DNA of 64,000 bases from NCBI GenBank assembly GCA_951406725.2, contig OX597828.1, positions 2,480,001 through 2,544,000 on the forward strand, read 5' to 3'. The notes below the pieces were generated by a model. That model worked only from the letters and a program-made list of their open reading frames with translations, made no database searches and had not been told where the DNA came from. Shown here one piece after another: positions 1 to 14,600 of this stretch (positions are counted from its first letter, which is position 1; the number at the start of each line of letters is the position of its first letter). The DNA is from Octopus vulgaris. Taxonomy: Eukaryota. The position numbers and the translations under genes were made by a program.

Positions 1-99
1 ATATGTCACAAAAATCTTGCCACCTTATTTGAAAAACAAAAAAGACAAAGAGAAAAGTAACAGACATCTTCTCAAAAATTAGATGGATTTTCAATTTAC

Positions 100-647
100 C
101 GTCACTGGAGCAATTGAAGACAACCGTGGATTATGTAGCTGGTCTTTGAAACTGAGAATGAGGTGAGACAACAGACCAAGTTAGTGCATGTGTTCTCAAG
201 TTTATACCACAATACATAAGAAATAACCCAAGTGTCATGGTTAAAGACATTGGGTTGGACATTTGACTCTTGTCTCTTTATGACCCTTATGGTGTAATAC
301 AGGCAGGTTGTCAGCAGCAAAGTGATCAGAAATGACATGTTGAGTGAGGTCACTGCACAGATATACATGTCCTAATGAGCACCAGATATCAAAGATCTAT
401 CCTGGAGCTATCCCTCATCATGAGTGCAGAAACAAAAGTGATACAATTGATGTTGCAGGGCAGAAATGCCAGTTGCTACGTGTGTGCAAGAGACACCGGA
501 GATTCCCAAGGAAGTGGAAAAGCAAGAGAAAGTGGCATGCAGCAAAGGAACCAGCATGCAACAACAGCAGCAAGGCCCAAAAGTTACTGTTTCCACAATA
601 AAACTGGTCAAAGCTGTAAGGTTGGTTGGGGAGAATTAACCTGTTAA
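100..647 (+). pseudogene. Decayed L1/Tx1-like LINE ORF1 fragment
   Basis: Broken translation (FETENEVRQQ...FIPQYIRNNPSVMVKDIG...LMLQGRNASCYVC) parallels the ORF1 fragment at 45748 (FKTENKAKQ...PTYLGSRTSKIKVGDIP) and ends in a knuckle-like CxxC; frameshifted. Confidence 0.4.
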
Positions 648-1167
648 TCTTATCATTGGTGCCAGAGAGATATTTTTCAAAAATTTTGCCAACTTAACTA
701 GAATTTATTGAAAATAAATTATAGCTAGGAGGAAAAATAACATATCTTCCACTCAAAAAGCAGATGGGTTTTGAGTGTACCCTCAAAGGAACAACCAAAG
801 ACCACCCTTTAATTGTTCCTTTGAGAGACAGTAAAGAAAAAAAAAACTTAACAAAAGAAAACCAACAGGCCAAAACAAAAGGTGTACCATTTCAGTTGTA
901 ATCCTTGGTGCTACATGTGACCATTTTTTGTTGTAATCTAGTTTATTTCACCATTTTGAGCATTGCCCACAGAAAAGTTTCAGTTCCCGTATGTATTTTT
1001 GATGGCTCTGTTTCAATTCTTTAATTTCTTGTATCTATCCTTTCTGCTGTATACCAATGTTTAGTGCTAGTTGTGTCTATGGTTTTTAAGGAATTTGTGA
1101 GTGGAGTACTTATTTATTTCAGTTAAATATTTCTTTCGTATTTTTTGTGTGTTGAAATTAAAAATTG

Positions 1168-2186
1168 CATATATTTCCGTGTTTAACAACCTTTAGATAA
1201 AAATCAGCCCTAAACTCCCAAGAGATCTTGATCACTAAGTAACCAGTTTTCACCAGTTCATCATCCAGCTGAGAAAAGGTATGTTTCCATTGTCTCATAT
1301 TGGAAATATGGATGAAACTCCATTAAACTTTGACATGCTGGATAACAAAATGGTAGACTTGAAAGGAGTAAAAACAGTGGTCGTTAAAAGCACAGGATAT
1401 GAGAAAACGAGGTTTACGGTGGTATTATCCTGCATGGCTGACAGTACAAAATTAAAACCCATGGTTATTTTTAACCATAAAACATAGCCCAAAATAGATT
1501 TTCCTCCTAGCGTTTTTGTTCATTTTCACGAGAAAATGTTGATGGATGAAAGTGATGTGAAATTATGGATTGAGACTATATGTAACAGATGGCCAAGTGG
1601 CATATATAATGAACAGTTTATTGGTTTGGAGTATATTTCGTAGCCACGTTATGGCAAATACTAAAACCCAGTTATCCAAAACCAACACTGATATTGCTGT
1701 TATTCCTGATGGTTTAACTTTATTGAAAAATTAAGGTTGTGTGTGATCCAAATTGTGTTATTTACCACCAAATGATAATAGATATTTTATGAAAAATATG
1801 TTATTATAAATGTTATTACTACAGTTATACATCACCATTAGAAGTTTTGAAAGGTTAGCGAAAGATAAAGGTTACTATGAGCAGAACCATAACTCAATGC
1901 TTACATTTTCTCAGCTGAGCTTCCATAGATAAAAGTTGATTTCAATGATATAGAATTATCTCTCGAATAGGCTATTTATTATGAAGATATGCCAATAATA
2001 TATAAAATAAAAATGTTTTTATTTACCTATGTTATAATTTTTTTTATATTTTGTTAATGTATGTCGAGGTCAAATTTAGCTTATTATAAATTCAAAGTTT
2101 GATTTTTAAAAAGGTAGTATAAGATGACCCTAAATTTTTAGGGTAAATTTTAGGATTCAAAGGTCATGTTATATGTGGAAATATAA
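1168..2186 (+). mobile_element. pogo/Tigger-like DNA transposon remnant (DDE_1 transposase pseudogene, about 1197-1720)
   Basis: GNMDETPLNFDM...STGYEKTRFTVVLSCMADSTKLKPMVIF, then MDE, FRSH and IAVIPDGLT motifs with stops. Degenerate TIRs: catatatttccgtgtttaacaacc (1168) and ggtcatgttatatgtggaaatata (about 2162-2185). Confidence 0.8.
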
Positions 2187-2565
2187 GGCGCGGGAGTGGC
2201 TGTGTGGTAAGTAGCTTGCTTACCAACCACATGGCTCTGGGTTCAGTCCTACTGCATGGCACCTTGGGCAAGAGTCTTCTACTATAGCCTCGGGCCGACC
2301 AAAGCCTTGTGAGTGGATTTGGTAGACGGAAACTGAAAGAAGCCCGTCGTATATATGTATGTATGTGTGTATATGTGTTTGTCCCCCCAGCACTGCTTGA
2401 CAACCGATGCTGGTGTGTTTATGTCCCTGTAACTTAGCGGTTTGGCAAAAGAGAGCGATAGAATAAGTACTAGGCTTACAACGAATAAGTCCTGGAGTTG
2501 ATTTGCTCGACTAAAGGTGGTGCTCCAGCATGGCCGCAGTCAAATGACTGAAACAAGTAAAAGAG
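2187..2565 (+). mobile_element. tRNA-derived CORE-type SINE (family 1), full length
   Basis: A-box-like TGGCTGTGTGGT, B-box-like GGGTTCAGTCC, CORE-like CCTTGGGCAAG, internal (TA/TG)n tract, tail CAGCATGGCCGCAGTCAAATGACTGAAACAAGTAAAAGAG; many copies in the window. Confidence 0.9.
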
Positions 2566-3246
2566 GTACTTGTAGTAAAGTATTTTCCTTATTTTTACAC
2601 ATGTTTATTCCAACTGTATCAGTTTTATATACTACCTTAAATTGAATGGGGACTTTTCTTCCAGTCTGCCCACAGACATATGTGTGATGTGTGTCAGCTT
2701 TTGGATGATGCAGTCTAAATTGTCAATGAATTTCTTGTTTTTGTGTCTAGTTTCTTCAGGATTTTTAATCATGCACAATTAAGATGTGGTCCATAATCCA
2801 TCGAAGAGGCTTATCATTCCAAATTAGAACTGACTTACACAATGACAAGCCATCTAACTATTTCTCAAGTTAGTTTTTCAAGGATGATTCTAATAATATG
2901 TTTATCTTTAGGGCCTATCCAAGCAATAAATTCTTTTGATTTTGTCTGCAGTCTTATAATATTGTCTTATTTATCAGTAACTGGTTTTTACAATTCCTTC
3001 TGTTCTTTACAAAGGTTGTTTTTGTTGAAGTGTTCATAAAAACTATGAGAAATCAGTAAGCAGTTTTTAGAGTTATCTACCTCTGTAATTTAGTAGAAGA
3101 ATTAATTTTTTTGGCATTAACCGTTTAGCTATTAATTATTTTATCAAAGCATCTGGCAATATAAGAGTGCTTCAGCCCATATTTTTCTCTAAAATTTTTC
3201 TCCTTTTTCTTTATTTGGTTGAAGCTTTCCTGTTTTGTATATTTAA

Positions 3247-3759
3247 CTAGCAGTATCGCCCGGCGTTGCTCGGGTTTGTAAGGGAAATAACTATATAAGC
3301 ATTTTTAGAGAGTTACTTCCCTTATAGATGCCAATTCAGGCTTTCTTAGCCATTTCTGTTTTGGTGTCTTCAAGCCATGAAGTCGTTGTTCTAAAAGAAC
3401 GCTGGTCTCCTTGACAACGCTTTACGACGTTGATTTCCTTACACTCCCTTCCCCACAGCTTCACGAGGGAGGGAAGAAGGGGGAGAAGCAAACAGGTGCA
3501 GGTGTGACCATGGACGCCAACTCCACCGCCATCAACACACGAAAAATTATGCATTAAAATGGAATAAAAAATGATGTTAAATTATTTTTTAAATCGTAGA
3601 CTCATCTTAGATGCGCGCTAATACTCAGACGGGCTCGATATGAATCACGACTATAAGATACCCGAATTTGGTTAAACTGCACCGCAAAATGTGGGAGTAG
3701 TTAGGAATCTAAATCGAAGGGGACAGACACTCACACAACTACAGTTTTATATATAGAGA
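3247..3759 (-). mobile_element. Non-autonomous Helitron, both termini intact
   Basis: Minus strand starts TC (TCTCTATATATAAAAC), ends with hairpin CCCGAGCAACGCCGGG followed by CGATACTGCTAG; inserted between A and T with no TSD. Confidence 0.85.
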
Positions 3760-4110
3760 TTACTTGTAAAGGGCTTGTTTATCATTTCAAAACATTTTAT
3801 TTTGTTTGATTTGTTTCAAAAATACTATGTTCTCACTTTCAACTGCTGAATTAATATTTCATGTTAAAAGCCTGTTTGTCTTGAATTCTGAGTTTCTATG
3901 AAATTTTATTTTTATTTTATTTATTTTTGGTGCATTTTGGGTTTTGCTGTTTCAAGCTATTTCCTTTCTCTTGCAATTTATCTGCTGTTGAATCTTTTGT
4001 TTTCAAATGGAATCAATTTTAGGCTGATGGGATTCATTCCATGCTAATAGCACGACTTGGCTTTTCTCTATTGTCGTATGAGTTGAGCTAAACATTACAA
4101 CAGTGTAGAC

Positions 4111-4326
4111 CAGTGGTTCTCAGCTAATTTTTACACCCCCTTTGATTCCTATTTTACTCAGGTGGATGCTCATAGCTATTTGATGTTTTAAAAAATTGTA
4201 TTTTATTTTTATAATTAAATATTATTAGGAACTGAATAAAGAAATTGTTAAAATATTTTGCATATTGTAGGAATATAGCTGACTTATTGCACATGTGTTT
4301 TAAGAACCACTGCTTGAGAAACACTG
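4111..4326. mobile_element. hAT (Charlie-like) MITE
   Basis: TIRs CAGTGGTTCTCAGC and GCTTGAGAAACACTG; perfect 8-bp TSD GTGTAGAC at 4103-4110 and 4327-4334. Confidence 0.85.
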
Positions 4327-6750
4327 GTGTAGACCATGGGACAATGGTCAATCTGCCTAGGAGCTACTGCAGACAGCTTTTTCCAGTAGTGGAAGAACTG
4401 AACTTAGCACTGCAAGATTGCAAAATAGTCATTAATTCTATGGTTTTGTAACTGTCTACTTGCTGTCCTGTTATGTATTTCAAGTTAGATGTGTCAGTTG
4501 TTAAGAGCCAAGTTTCTTTATGCTTCTGATCAGATATGAACCTGACCTCCTTAGTACAAATGTGTCTATTTCAAAACATATCAGTTAGCTTCCAAGTAAC
4601 AATGTTGTCAACTTATTCTTAAACATTATCTTTTATACAATAGTGACAGATAAATCCAAGATTTCATTTTATCATGTAGCTAGACATCAGCTAGTTTTTA
4701 ATTTCAATGAGTTAGCATTTTCAAATTCATACTGAAACAATTCTACAAACAGTTTTAATTTTAAATTTTCAGAAGTTTTTATCAACTCGATTTAATAAAT
4801 ATTATAGTTTACAGCTGTTTTACTTTGTAATTTAGAAGCATTTAATGAAAAGTAAACAATCAACAAGTGAATCCTGAATGTAAGCATTTCAGTTAAAAGT
4901 ATGAATGTCACAATTACATTTCCTTATTCAGTGAATTTTAAGTTTTCTGTATTTGCAAGAAATAAGTACAGAAAGTTATATAACTGAAGAGCTCAATTTT
5001 TGATAATTTTTAATGTATAACACACCAAAAATTGCATTCCAAAGATTTCTTATGGAATAGAAAATACTTCAGCTCAGAACAGTTATTAAGTCTCTACAAT
5101 GCATAGTTAGGACTCTCCTAAGAGTACTGCTTCCATATCTAAAGCAGTAGTGTAACTGCTACGAAACATAAAGCTAGCTGACTAATAACCTTGAATCATT
5201 ACATCCTACTTCTGTCTCTTCTATGGATAGAACAACAGTTTCTGTGTATAAGATACCATCGAAGAGCACCCAAGCTATCTGATTCTTTAGCTCTCATCAT
5301 CATTACATTTTGATGAGTCCTTACTTCCCAAAACAGTAACTATCCGGAACTCCCTCACTGCTCATGCTTCTCTAATAACACGGGCATTCCTCTTCACCTC
5401 TGAACTGGATAAAAACTATTACATTATTTAGGCACGGATACCAGTTCTATATAGCTAGAATAGCTTACAAGGTTGCCAGACTTATATAACCTGAATGCAG
5501 ATGCCCACCTGTTCATGCTGACATGGGCTGAACGGAAGTTTCTGAGGCACCGTTATGGCTGTATGCCTTTCCTGGTGCCAACTCTTTGAATCAGTTCTTA
5601 CAACAAGCAAGGATATAGTGTACCTTTTCTAAAGATCAGGTGCACCCAGCATTAACAATACATATTGCTAATGCAAAATACAATGATCAATGACAAAGGT
5701 GATGATGATGAATTACGCTGACATTTGTATGGTAAAACTTTTGGGTTGATATTCTATGAACTGACACTGATGTCTCTACTACAGTTATATCCATGGCAAA
5801 GCGTATTTGCAAGGAAACTGCATAAAGTGTATGCATTAATCATTCCCATTCATGCTGAAGCATGCCTGAACACGACATAAATTTTCTTTTCCTTTCTGTC
5901 CCTTACAAACTCTATAAGTCAATTGAAACATCATCATCAACATCATTATAATATACATACTGACTATATTTGTTTGCAAGTTCGTTTTCGATCTCCATGC
6001 TTGTGTGAGAATGCAAACATTAATTATGCTTATGACATTTAAAAATACAATATGAAATCTAAGCAACAAATAAGAAGTAAGAAAACTACCTTAAAAGTTA
6101 TCAAGTAGATACTCATAACTTGATATTAGTGACTATATTCATGGAAATATCTAAATACTTCAAACTATACAGAAGGAAGGCTGCTATAAGGAGTTGATTG
6201 ATTTGATGGGAGGACTGTCATTTAGCACAAGCCTGCTCAATCAGAACTGACTTGGAGTTAACAACACTATACCAGAATAACACAAACCTCATACATAAAC
6301 ACACACACCCACACTTCACCATGAAGGTCATATAAAGCTGTAAATTTACACATACACTATGAGTAATGGCTAATTGTGTAGCCAATCAATTTATTAATAC
6401 AATAACCTGTGGCTTGCCCAACATAAGTGAAAACAACTGTGCTGTATTTGTGGTGATGGAGGTTGCTGTTACTTATCTGAGCCTCTGTTTTAGCCACCTT
6501 CCTCTGTTATCTGACTGTTAAAATGCATGCTGTCTGGTGTGACAAGAATGGAGACACATATTGCTCAGTTGTCTCAATTAATTACTGCCAAAAATGTTCT
6601 TTTTACAGGGCACAAGAAGAAGATTTGCTTAATAAACCAATCACTTCATTCTATTGTGATTTGATCTGACATGTTACCTAACAGTTAGGTTTTGAATCAT
6701 TGCTAGTTTCTTTTTATTTTTCACTTGTCTCAGTCATTGGACTGCAGCTA

Positions 6751-6899
6751 CTGTGTGTTAAGAAGCTTGCTTCCCAATTACATGGTTCTGGGTTCAGTCC
6801 CACAGCATGGCATCTTGGGAAAGTGTCATCTACTATAGCCTCGGGCCAACCAAAGCCTTGTGAGTGGATTTGGTAGACAGAAACTGAAGGAAGCCTGTC

Positions 6900-6931
<32 letters not shown>

Positions 6932-7120
6932 CTTTGTGTCTGTATTTGTCCCCACATCACTGCTTGACAACTGGCGTTGGTGTGTTTACATTCCCGTTAA
7001 CTTAGCAGTTCGGCAAAAGAGAATGGGGTGGGGTGGGGTTGATTCATCAACTAAAAGTTCAAGGCGGTGCCCTAGTATGGCCACAGTCTAATGACTGAAA
7101 AATGTAAAAGGTAAAAGATA
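6751..7120 (+). mobile_element. CORE-type SINE family 1, diverged
   Basis: Colinear with 2187-2565 (head, CORE, TA/TG tract, tail). Confidence 0.85.
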
Positions 7121-7169
7121 AACAAATTGAGTCCAGAAACCCAGAGCTTATTTTTTCACATCTGATATT

Positions 7170-7435
7170 TGTATCAGTTTCTTTTGCTGAACTGCTAGGA
7201 TACAGGATGTAAACAAACAATGACTGTGTGCCAAGCAGTTGTGGTGGGGCAGAAAGAAAGACAAAGACACATATAAAGTGATATGTTTTCACAGTTTTTC
7301 CTCAACCAGATTCACTCACAATACATTAATCAGCCCAGAGCTTCAGCAGAAGATATTTGCCCAAAGTGCCACACACTGAGAAATTTACCTCGGACCATGT
7401 TGCTGCAAATTAAACTTCTGAACCACACAACCTTG
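7170..7435 (-). mobile_element. CORE-type SINE family 1, old and diverged
   Basis: Reverse-complement matches (ttcactcaca, ttgcccaaagtgcc, aaccacacaacc). Confidence 0.65.
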
Positions 7436-9215
7436 CTTGTACTTATATACAGCCACACAATATATGCATACATATATATACACACACACAATGTATACAT
7501 ACATATACACACACATATATACATATAAACATGTATATAAATATGTATATATATATTTACATATAGCTATATATGTATGCATATATTTACATATATGCAT
7601 ACACACACATAAGGTCAATTTGCATGCAACACTTATAAAAATTGTTTTTGTTGTTGCTTCTTTCATGATTTAGGAATGTCAGATGATGGATGAGGTATAA
7701 TGTGTAGAAGAGAGAGAAAGAAAGAATTAGAATATAGACTGACCGAAACGGGAAGGACTAATTTTTATTGGACAAAAAGCCATGAGCGGAAGATATTGTT
7801 CCTGCAAATCTTGCATTTATGATGCATTTTATTCCATGCCAACCATCTTTCTCTTTGATCTCCTCCCTGAGACACAATTTCTACATCTCTCATTCACTAA
7901 GATGCTACCGAATTCATAGTTGGTTTTTGTAAGTTATCATTTCTCTAACAATATTTGAAGGCAAACCTCTGTATCAGTAGTACTGTATCCAAATCTAGGC
8001 GACCAGTTTATCCTTTTTTCATTTAATCAAGTTACCGGTCATTTGCCCAGCAGTCTACTTTTACTTCTATACATATTCCCTTCTTTATTCTAAAAAATTA
8101 AAACTTATACACATGGAATATTTGAATGAAAGACGACAGCGATTGGTGCGAGAAAGGAAGGTTAGACAAAAAATACAAGTACAAGCCCAGAGAAACAGCG
8201 AGTTATGCGGACTTTTCAAATATACAACAGGAAATTCTATGTCAAACAGACGTATTTTTCAGTCACAGAGAAACTGTTCGATTTAGAAATGCAGAAAAAT
8301 GGTGAAGATTATCCGAAGATGTCATCACTTTATTTATATATTTTACGTTAGCCTAATTTATTCCATATTCACATAACCCGTCGTTTTCGACGGGTACTGT
8401 GTTGGTATGTATGCGTGTGTGCGTGCGTGCGTGCGCACTAGTGTTTATGTAACGTTATACTCTGTACATTTTTATTATATTGGTTTGCAAGATAAGATAT
8501 TTATTTTATGGTATTAAAAAATTAGCACACCAATAATTAGAACATCGAAGCATACTTTTTTTTTAGATAGTAGACCATTTCAATTATCAAAATTATCGAA
8601 AAAAAATCAGATGTATATGGAAAAAGATGAGGGCGCCGAATTCTAAGTATCGGCCAGTGCTGAAGTGATGTAGTTTACTTCTCGCTTGTGAAAACCACGA
8701 TCGGTGCTAGATCTGAGCATTTACAGAGATTTATAGAAGAAACATGATAGAAATTGGATTAAACGAAACCCCTTTTATTCTCATGAACAACGTCGTAAGA
8801 GAAGTGAAAGTACTACAGCCGGGAATCGAAACCAGTAAACAGTCGTGACTTATTTAGGGGTTAATTCTAAGGTGTTTGCTTTGTTCTTTCACATTAATTA
8901 AAACCAAAATAATTTCTAATATTAATAATACAAATTCTTAAAACAAGATCGGCTCGGCTGACCGGTCATGTAATTGTAAAATAAGGGATAGAGTTTGGAG
9001 ACATCAGTCGGTGCTTGTTTTTTTCATGGTGACATTAATTACCTAAAATGTTAGCTGAAAATAAAAATAGCAGTTCGATAAATATAGAAAGCAACAGGCA
9101 ATCACACATACATATTCATACACACACACACACACGTGTGTGTGTGGATGCATGTATGTGTATGTATTTGCACACACACATATAATACATATATATATGT
9201 GTATGTATGTATATA

Positions 9216-9248
<33 letters not shown>

Positions 9249-10276
9249 GTATATATATATATATAATATAGTTGCATGTAATTTGTGTATTTTTGTGTGA
9301 ATGAAAGGCAAATAAATATATTTATAGCTTACCTGGATTAATTAAATTGGAATGCAATAATGCTGAATAGAATAAACAGATATACAAAATACTAAACAAA
9401 AACAATCCAACGGTAAAGAAAAGCTTACTCTTTCTTTCTCTCCACTCTATCATTTATCTATTCATCTAGTAATCAATCCAATAATGAGTCTTTTTTTTTA
9501 GCGAAATCATTAAAGAAATATCTACCTATCCTTCCCTCACTCTCGTCTCAGCAATTCAGCTGTACTTCCCTGTCTATCTCTAGTCTTTCTGTCTTCGCTA
9601 TTTAAACTGTTGGCCTTACTAGGAGCAAACAACTCGTGTTTTTCAGGAGATGCTCTTTTTCACATTAAAATAGCATCGCGTCTGCACGCACATTTCAGAG
9701 AGAGAGATATATATCTATGTATACAGACTCATCCATATGTATGTCTCTGTAGTGAGTTGATGTAAAATCATTCAGAAAAATAAAAAGGAAAGTAATATGA
9801 GTTTAAAAAAAAAAAGCTGAGAGAATACAATGATTCAATCGGAGTCCATATTTAGTTTCCTTTTAGTGCGGTGGGGTTGAAATAGAAATGACATCCACAA
9901 TAAACAAGAATTTATCAACGTCAGTTGACTACTGTAAAATCTTACACTTTTTTCTTCTTATCTAACACAAGGTGATTTCTTTAAAATAGCACCGCATCTA
10001 CTTCGAAATCGCTTCGCTCCGTTTCTGTCAAAGATATTATTTATTTATTTGTGAATGTATATGTAATCTTTAGTTTCTCACCGTTACTTTACTGCTGCTG
10101 CTACTACTGCTGATAACACTCCCTACAGGCGTCTATATTATACATAGCTCCAAACTAATTTCTCCTGTTCGTTTCCAACCTTTTATATACTGTTAATATT
10201 TTCGCACACTCTCTCTTTCCCTTGCTTTCTGTCTTACACTTCTATTCCTTTTTCTTAATTCATGCATCCATCTAAT

Positions 10277-10280
<4 letters not shown>

Positions 10281-10345
<65 letters not shown>
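10281..10345. repeat. (CT)n microsatellite
   Basis: Pure dinucleotide tract. Confidence 0.95.
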
Positions 10346-10349
<4 letters not shown>

Positions 10350-10789
10350 TCTATTTTATTCTGTCGATTTAGTCTTCAACATACTCTTTCTGTCTTTTAA
10401 CGCTTTTTACAGATACTATATTCACCCCCTCTGACTGTTGCACTGCTCCGGTACTCTTTTCACATTCATCACATTTTTTTTGTCACTTTTGTAATATACC
10501 ATACACCACTTTTGTAATCTACGATGCACTCCTATTCATGTGTTTTCTTTTACTTCTTTCAAATTACTCTTTCCCTTTTTTTTTTTTTTTGTTTCATATC
10601 CTTTGGTTGAAACAGTCACTCCTCTCACCGGTTTTGTCTTCAATACTTTTAATATATTTTTTTTGTTTCTTAGACAAAGGAATACGAAGAGTGTCTGTAG
10701 TTTTCGTTGGCCTTCCCACCGGGGGAAGTCCTTGCTGGTATTCTGTTTGAAATTGAGGATAAGAGTGAGTTGAAAATTACGGTTTCAGC

Positions 10790-11600
10790 ATAATAGTTTA
10801 AGCAAATATTTTATTAGAGGTTTGCTGAAGACACATTGTGCTGGTGTAGGGTGGTGAGACTTGTGTATCAAATGGATTGTGCAGAGGTTGCTGTATTTTG
10901 TGGTGCAAGTACAGTCAAAAGTGAAAAAGTGACAGAGCCTGTTGCACCAGCAGGGTAAGGCCTGCAACATGATTGCCATTTTCTTTTAATGCTATCTAAA
11001 GCGTCTGTGTAAGTAGTGGTTGCTCAGAATTAGGTAGACCTGAGCAGTATTCTGATGTTTAAGAGCTGAAGTATTTTTGTCCCTGAATAGGTAGACTGGC
11101 TTTGAACTCTGGTTTTGGTCGTTGAAGACTATCATTGTAAAGCTATGCACATACATTTATTGATGTATTGTGTTTTGTGTGTATCTAATGTAAATTGTTT
11201 TGCATGTGAATGACGGTTCTATAGGGAAAGACATGGGGAGCTATCATTAGCACTTGAGTAGCTATTGTTAAAGGTATCAGCAAAACAGTCATTTACATGT
11301 TGAAAGGATAACTTGTAAGAAATAACTGTACACTAGAGTAAACGGAACTGCGTCGTCACACACTATTATAGAATGATCTGAGTAGAACGTTTTGGTCTAA
11401 GACACGGATATCTATGACATGTAATTTTGCAGGAAGGGTTTCATATCAATCACTGTGGAAGGCAAAGAACATTGTTTTTCAAGAGTAAGGGAGCTTTGCT
11501 GTGAATTTCCGATAGACTTAGGCATGTAGAAATTGTACAGAGAGTTAGTAGGACAGGAAAAAATTCGATGTGATAAAAGTTAATTGTTTATAACATTCTA
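10790..11600 (-). pseudogene. Possible highly decayed Penelope-like element (thumb/linker region)
   Basis: Only weak traces on the minus strand (KPF..NYMS, SYPF, PCWCNRLC...CTCTTKYSN) resembling PLE motifs KPT/GYP/CxxC-FTCTTxN; many stops. Confidence 0.3.
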
Positions 11601-11628
11601 TCACATTTTAAAAACTGGCAGAGAGATG

Positions 11629-14600
11629 ATTTTTTATTATCCACAAGGGGCCGACAAAGAGGGGACAATACAATCTGATTTTGGGGTCAGATGAACGAAT
11701 GATTAAACAAAAAACGGCATTAAAAATTTAACAAAATAAGAAAATATAATAAAATCGAATGACAGGACGGACCGGAAGACATTACGGATTGAGTGGAGCG
11801 GGGGGCGGATTTAATTCGGACTCCACGAGTCCCGCCTCGCCACTAATACCTGAGATAGATCCTGTGTCGCATTCATGAGGTTACATCCACACGCAACATC
11901 CGTGCTACACCCTTCCATCTATTTTCAAACATTTTCACTGTGAGGCATTTTCTCTCTAGCCCCATTTTCCTTTTAAGGTGAAAGGTGAATTAATTCACCA
12001 ATTCAGGGCCAGAGATGAAAGTACCTGACTTTAACCCTTTCAGCCTCCTTCTCCAAATTACCTCTCTCGCAATTGCTACTACAATGAGAAAACAATTCTT
12101 ACCTTCATTCGAAAGGAAATCAGGCGGGTCAATTTTTATTATAGACTCAGTCGACAGCTGTACTCTTCCTGCTCTTGGCAACAGTTGTTCAGCATAAACC
12201 AACATATCCGACACCTTCGAAAATTGAACACTAGCGTGCGGGACGCTTTCCTTCTCTCGCTCACATCTTGGACAAGTCGAAGGGCCGCAGCCACCATGTC
12301 TTGCGAGCTTGTCCCGAACAGGTAAGGCTCCTCGGTAACATTGCCATGCCAGAGACTTCTGAAAGTTGTCCAGGATCTTCGGCTCGAATGTGCGTCGGAA
12401 CAGACTGGCCAGCTGATTATCGTCGAGACCTAGGGTTTCCCCGTAAGGTATCGTCACATTCCGCCTCTACAAGTCCTCTATAAAAGAATGCGGTGGAACC
12501 CTCACCGCAGGCATTGCCCGAGCGACGGAATAACAGGAGAGCCTTGCGACACTCTGTAAAACATGCACCCAACTTCGATAGAACCAGGATTCCCGTCCAC
12601 CAAAACTAGTGAACTTGGGAAACATCCGTTTCGCCAGCGGAGACCACACCCGTTCACTATCTAGGTAGAGCCACAGATGCCTCAATCTCAGCGCATGTCT
12701 GCGCATCAACAGCCAAGGCTTCCCTTGCCCACCCTTTAACGGTTGTTGACAGCAAATAGAGCGTCTCACAAGCGGTTTCGAGCCCTTCCACAAAAAGTGG
12801 AAGAGCTGTATTTCCAGCTTGATCAACCACGAATCAGGGCAAGGAACGACGGTTAGGCGGTAGGTGATGACCGATGTGATGAACACATTGGCTACCTCCC
12901 TTTCAGGGATAGCCGCCGCCAAGACCAGGTCTTGACTATGTGGGTCACCCTGCTTGATACTTCGGCCCATTTCTTCTCTATTTGGAGGTTTGGTCCAAAC
13001 CAAACACCTAGCAAATTAATCGGATCCTCCGTCCAACATCCCATGACGCTGTCAGGAGGCATCAACTTGCCTCTCCAGATGCCGAGCTGTAAGCCGACTG
13101 ACTTTTCTCGATTAACTTTTGCTCCTGCCATCGTCTCGTAAACCTGAATGGCCTTGCCTACCCTAGGTGATCCATTTCGGTTACAATGATGGTGATGTCA
13201 TCCGCATAAGCTGAAACCGACTTTCCACAATCTGGCTGTCTCGGGATGCCGCTCAATTTTCGGAGTAATGGTTCAAGAGCCATTACGTACAAAAGCGAGG
13301 AGAGCGGACACCTTTGACGAACCGAGCGTTTCATGTTGAACGGCCTCGATAAGAAGCCGTTCACCCGAACTACCGAGTTGATGTTGTCATAAATCTGAAT
13401 GATCCACCTGAGAAAGCCAAGACCCAGGCCGAACTGCGCCAGAATTGACACCAGGTAGCGATGGTCGACCCTATCGAACGCCTTAGATTAGTCTAAATGG
13501 ACCAGTGCTCCACCCTTGCCAGAAACACTATTAAACCCCTCTATAGTGTGCCGTATAAGATGGAGATTATCCTGGCTGGTTCTGCTGGGAACGGCACATG
13601 TTTGTGCCTCTCCGATCAGACCATCCGCGACACGTGCCAATTTTTTCGATAACACTTTGGCCAAAATCTTCAACTCTGCGTTTAGCAGAGTGATGGGTCG
13701 AAAATTATCAACGGAATCCCCCTTGTTCGGATCCTTTCTGACAAGCGTCACCACTCCCTGGTACACAGATCTAAGAATAAACCCGTTCTACTGCCAGTTC
13801 GCGTAGACATTCGCCAGCAGGCGCCCGAACAAGTCTTATACAACTCATAGGGTAGACCATCTAGTCCTGGCGCCTTACACGCGCCGCAGTCAAAGATCGA
13901 ATTGTGGCGTCATTACCACGTTGGGCTTCCATCACTCAGGCCCATCCTGCGGCCTTGATTCCCTCACAACCCACTGCACGAAGCCTAGCTCGGACAATGC
14001 AACCCATGTATTTGGCTTCGAGTTGCTGGTTTAACGTCAATCTCTTGGCCTTCACCTGAGCCGCAGAGCCAGTTTTCATTGCTTCCTCTAAATCCTTAAC
14101 TAAAGCTGATTCCCTCCTAGCCTCTCTAGCCACTAAACCTGAGCTATATCTAATAAACTCAAATTTAATGGCTCGCTTAAGGGATCCCACCATTTATTAT
14201 TAATATGGAACCGGTTAATGCCCTCTGAATCAACAACTTAATTCGGTCTCTGTACTCCTGAATCGCTAAAAGGGACGTATTAAGTTTCCAGTAGCCGGAG
14301 CCTCTATTATATATCATATCTATGTCAAGCTTACAGATGACCATTTTATGATCATCTGTGGACATCTAGCTATGTTTCTATCTGCTTTTCTAATTAACAC
14401 TATATCTAGGTATGACCTGGAAGATCCGTCGCTATTTGACCATGTCCACAATGAAGCGTTCGGAAATTCCAACCTATAAGAATCTGCTAGCTCAAAGCGG
14501 CTTAGCAGTTCCAGGAAGCAAAGATTACCGTTTCTATCTGTATACGAGCCAACATAATCTACGCGTGCCTCGCAGATTGTGTTATAGTCTCCTAGCACAA

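Noticed and set aside
5100-5600. Possible CR1/L2-type 3' remnant (YFPKTVTIRNSL) and an old SINE trace
   Set aside because: A single weak motif; boundaries cannot be supported.
10600-10790. GAAACAGUC hammerhead-like half site; similar GAAAGCUG on the minus strand near 31255
   Set aside because: No CUGANGA in a workable position.
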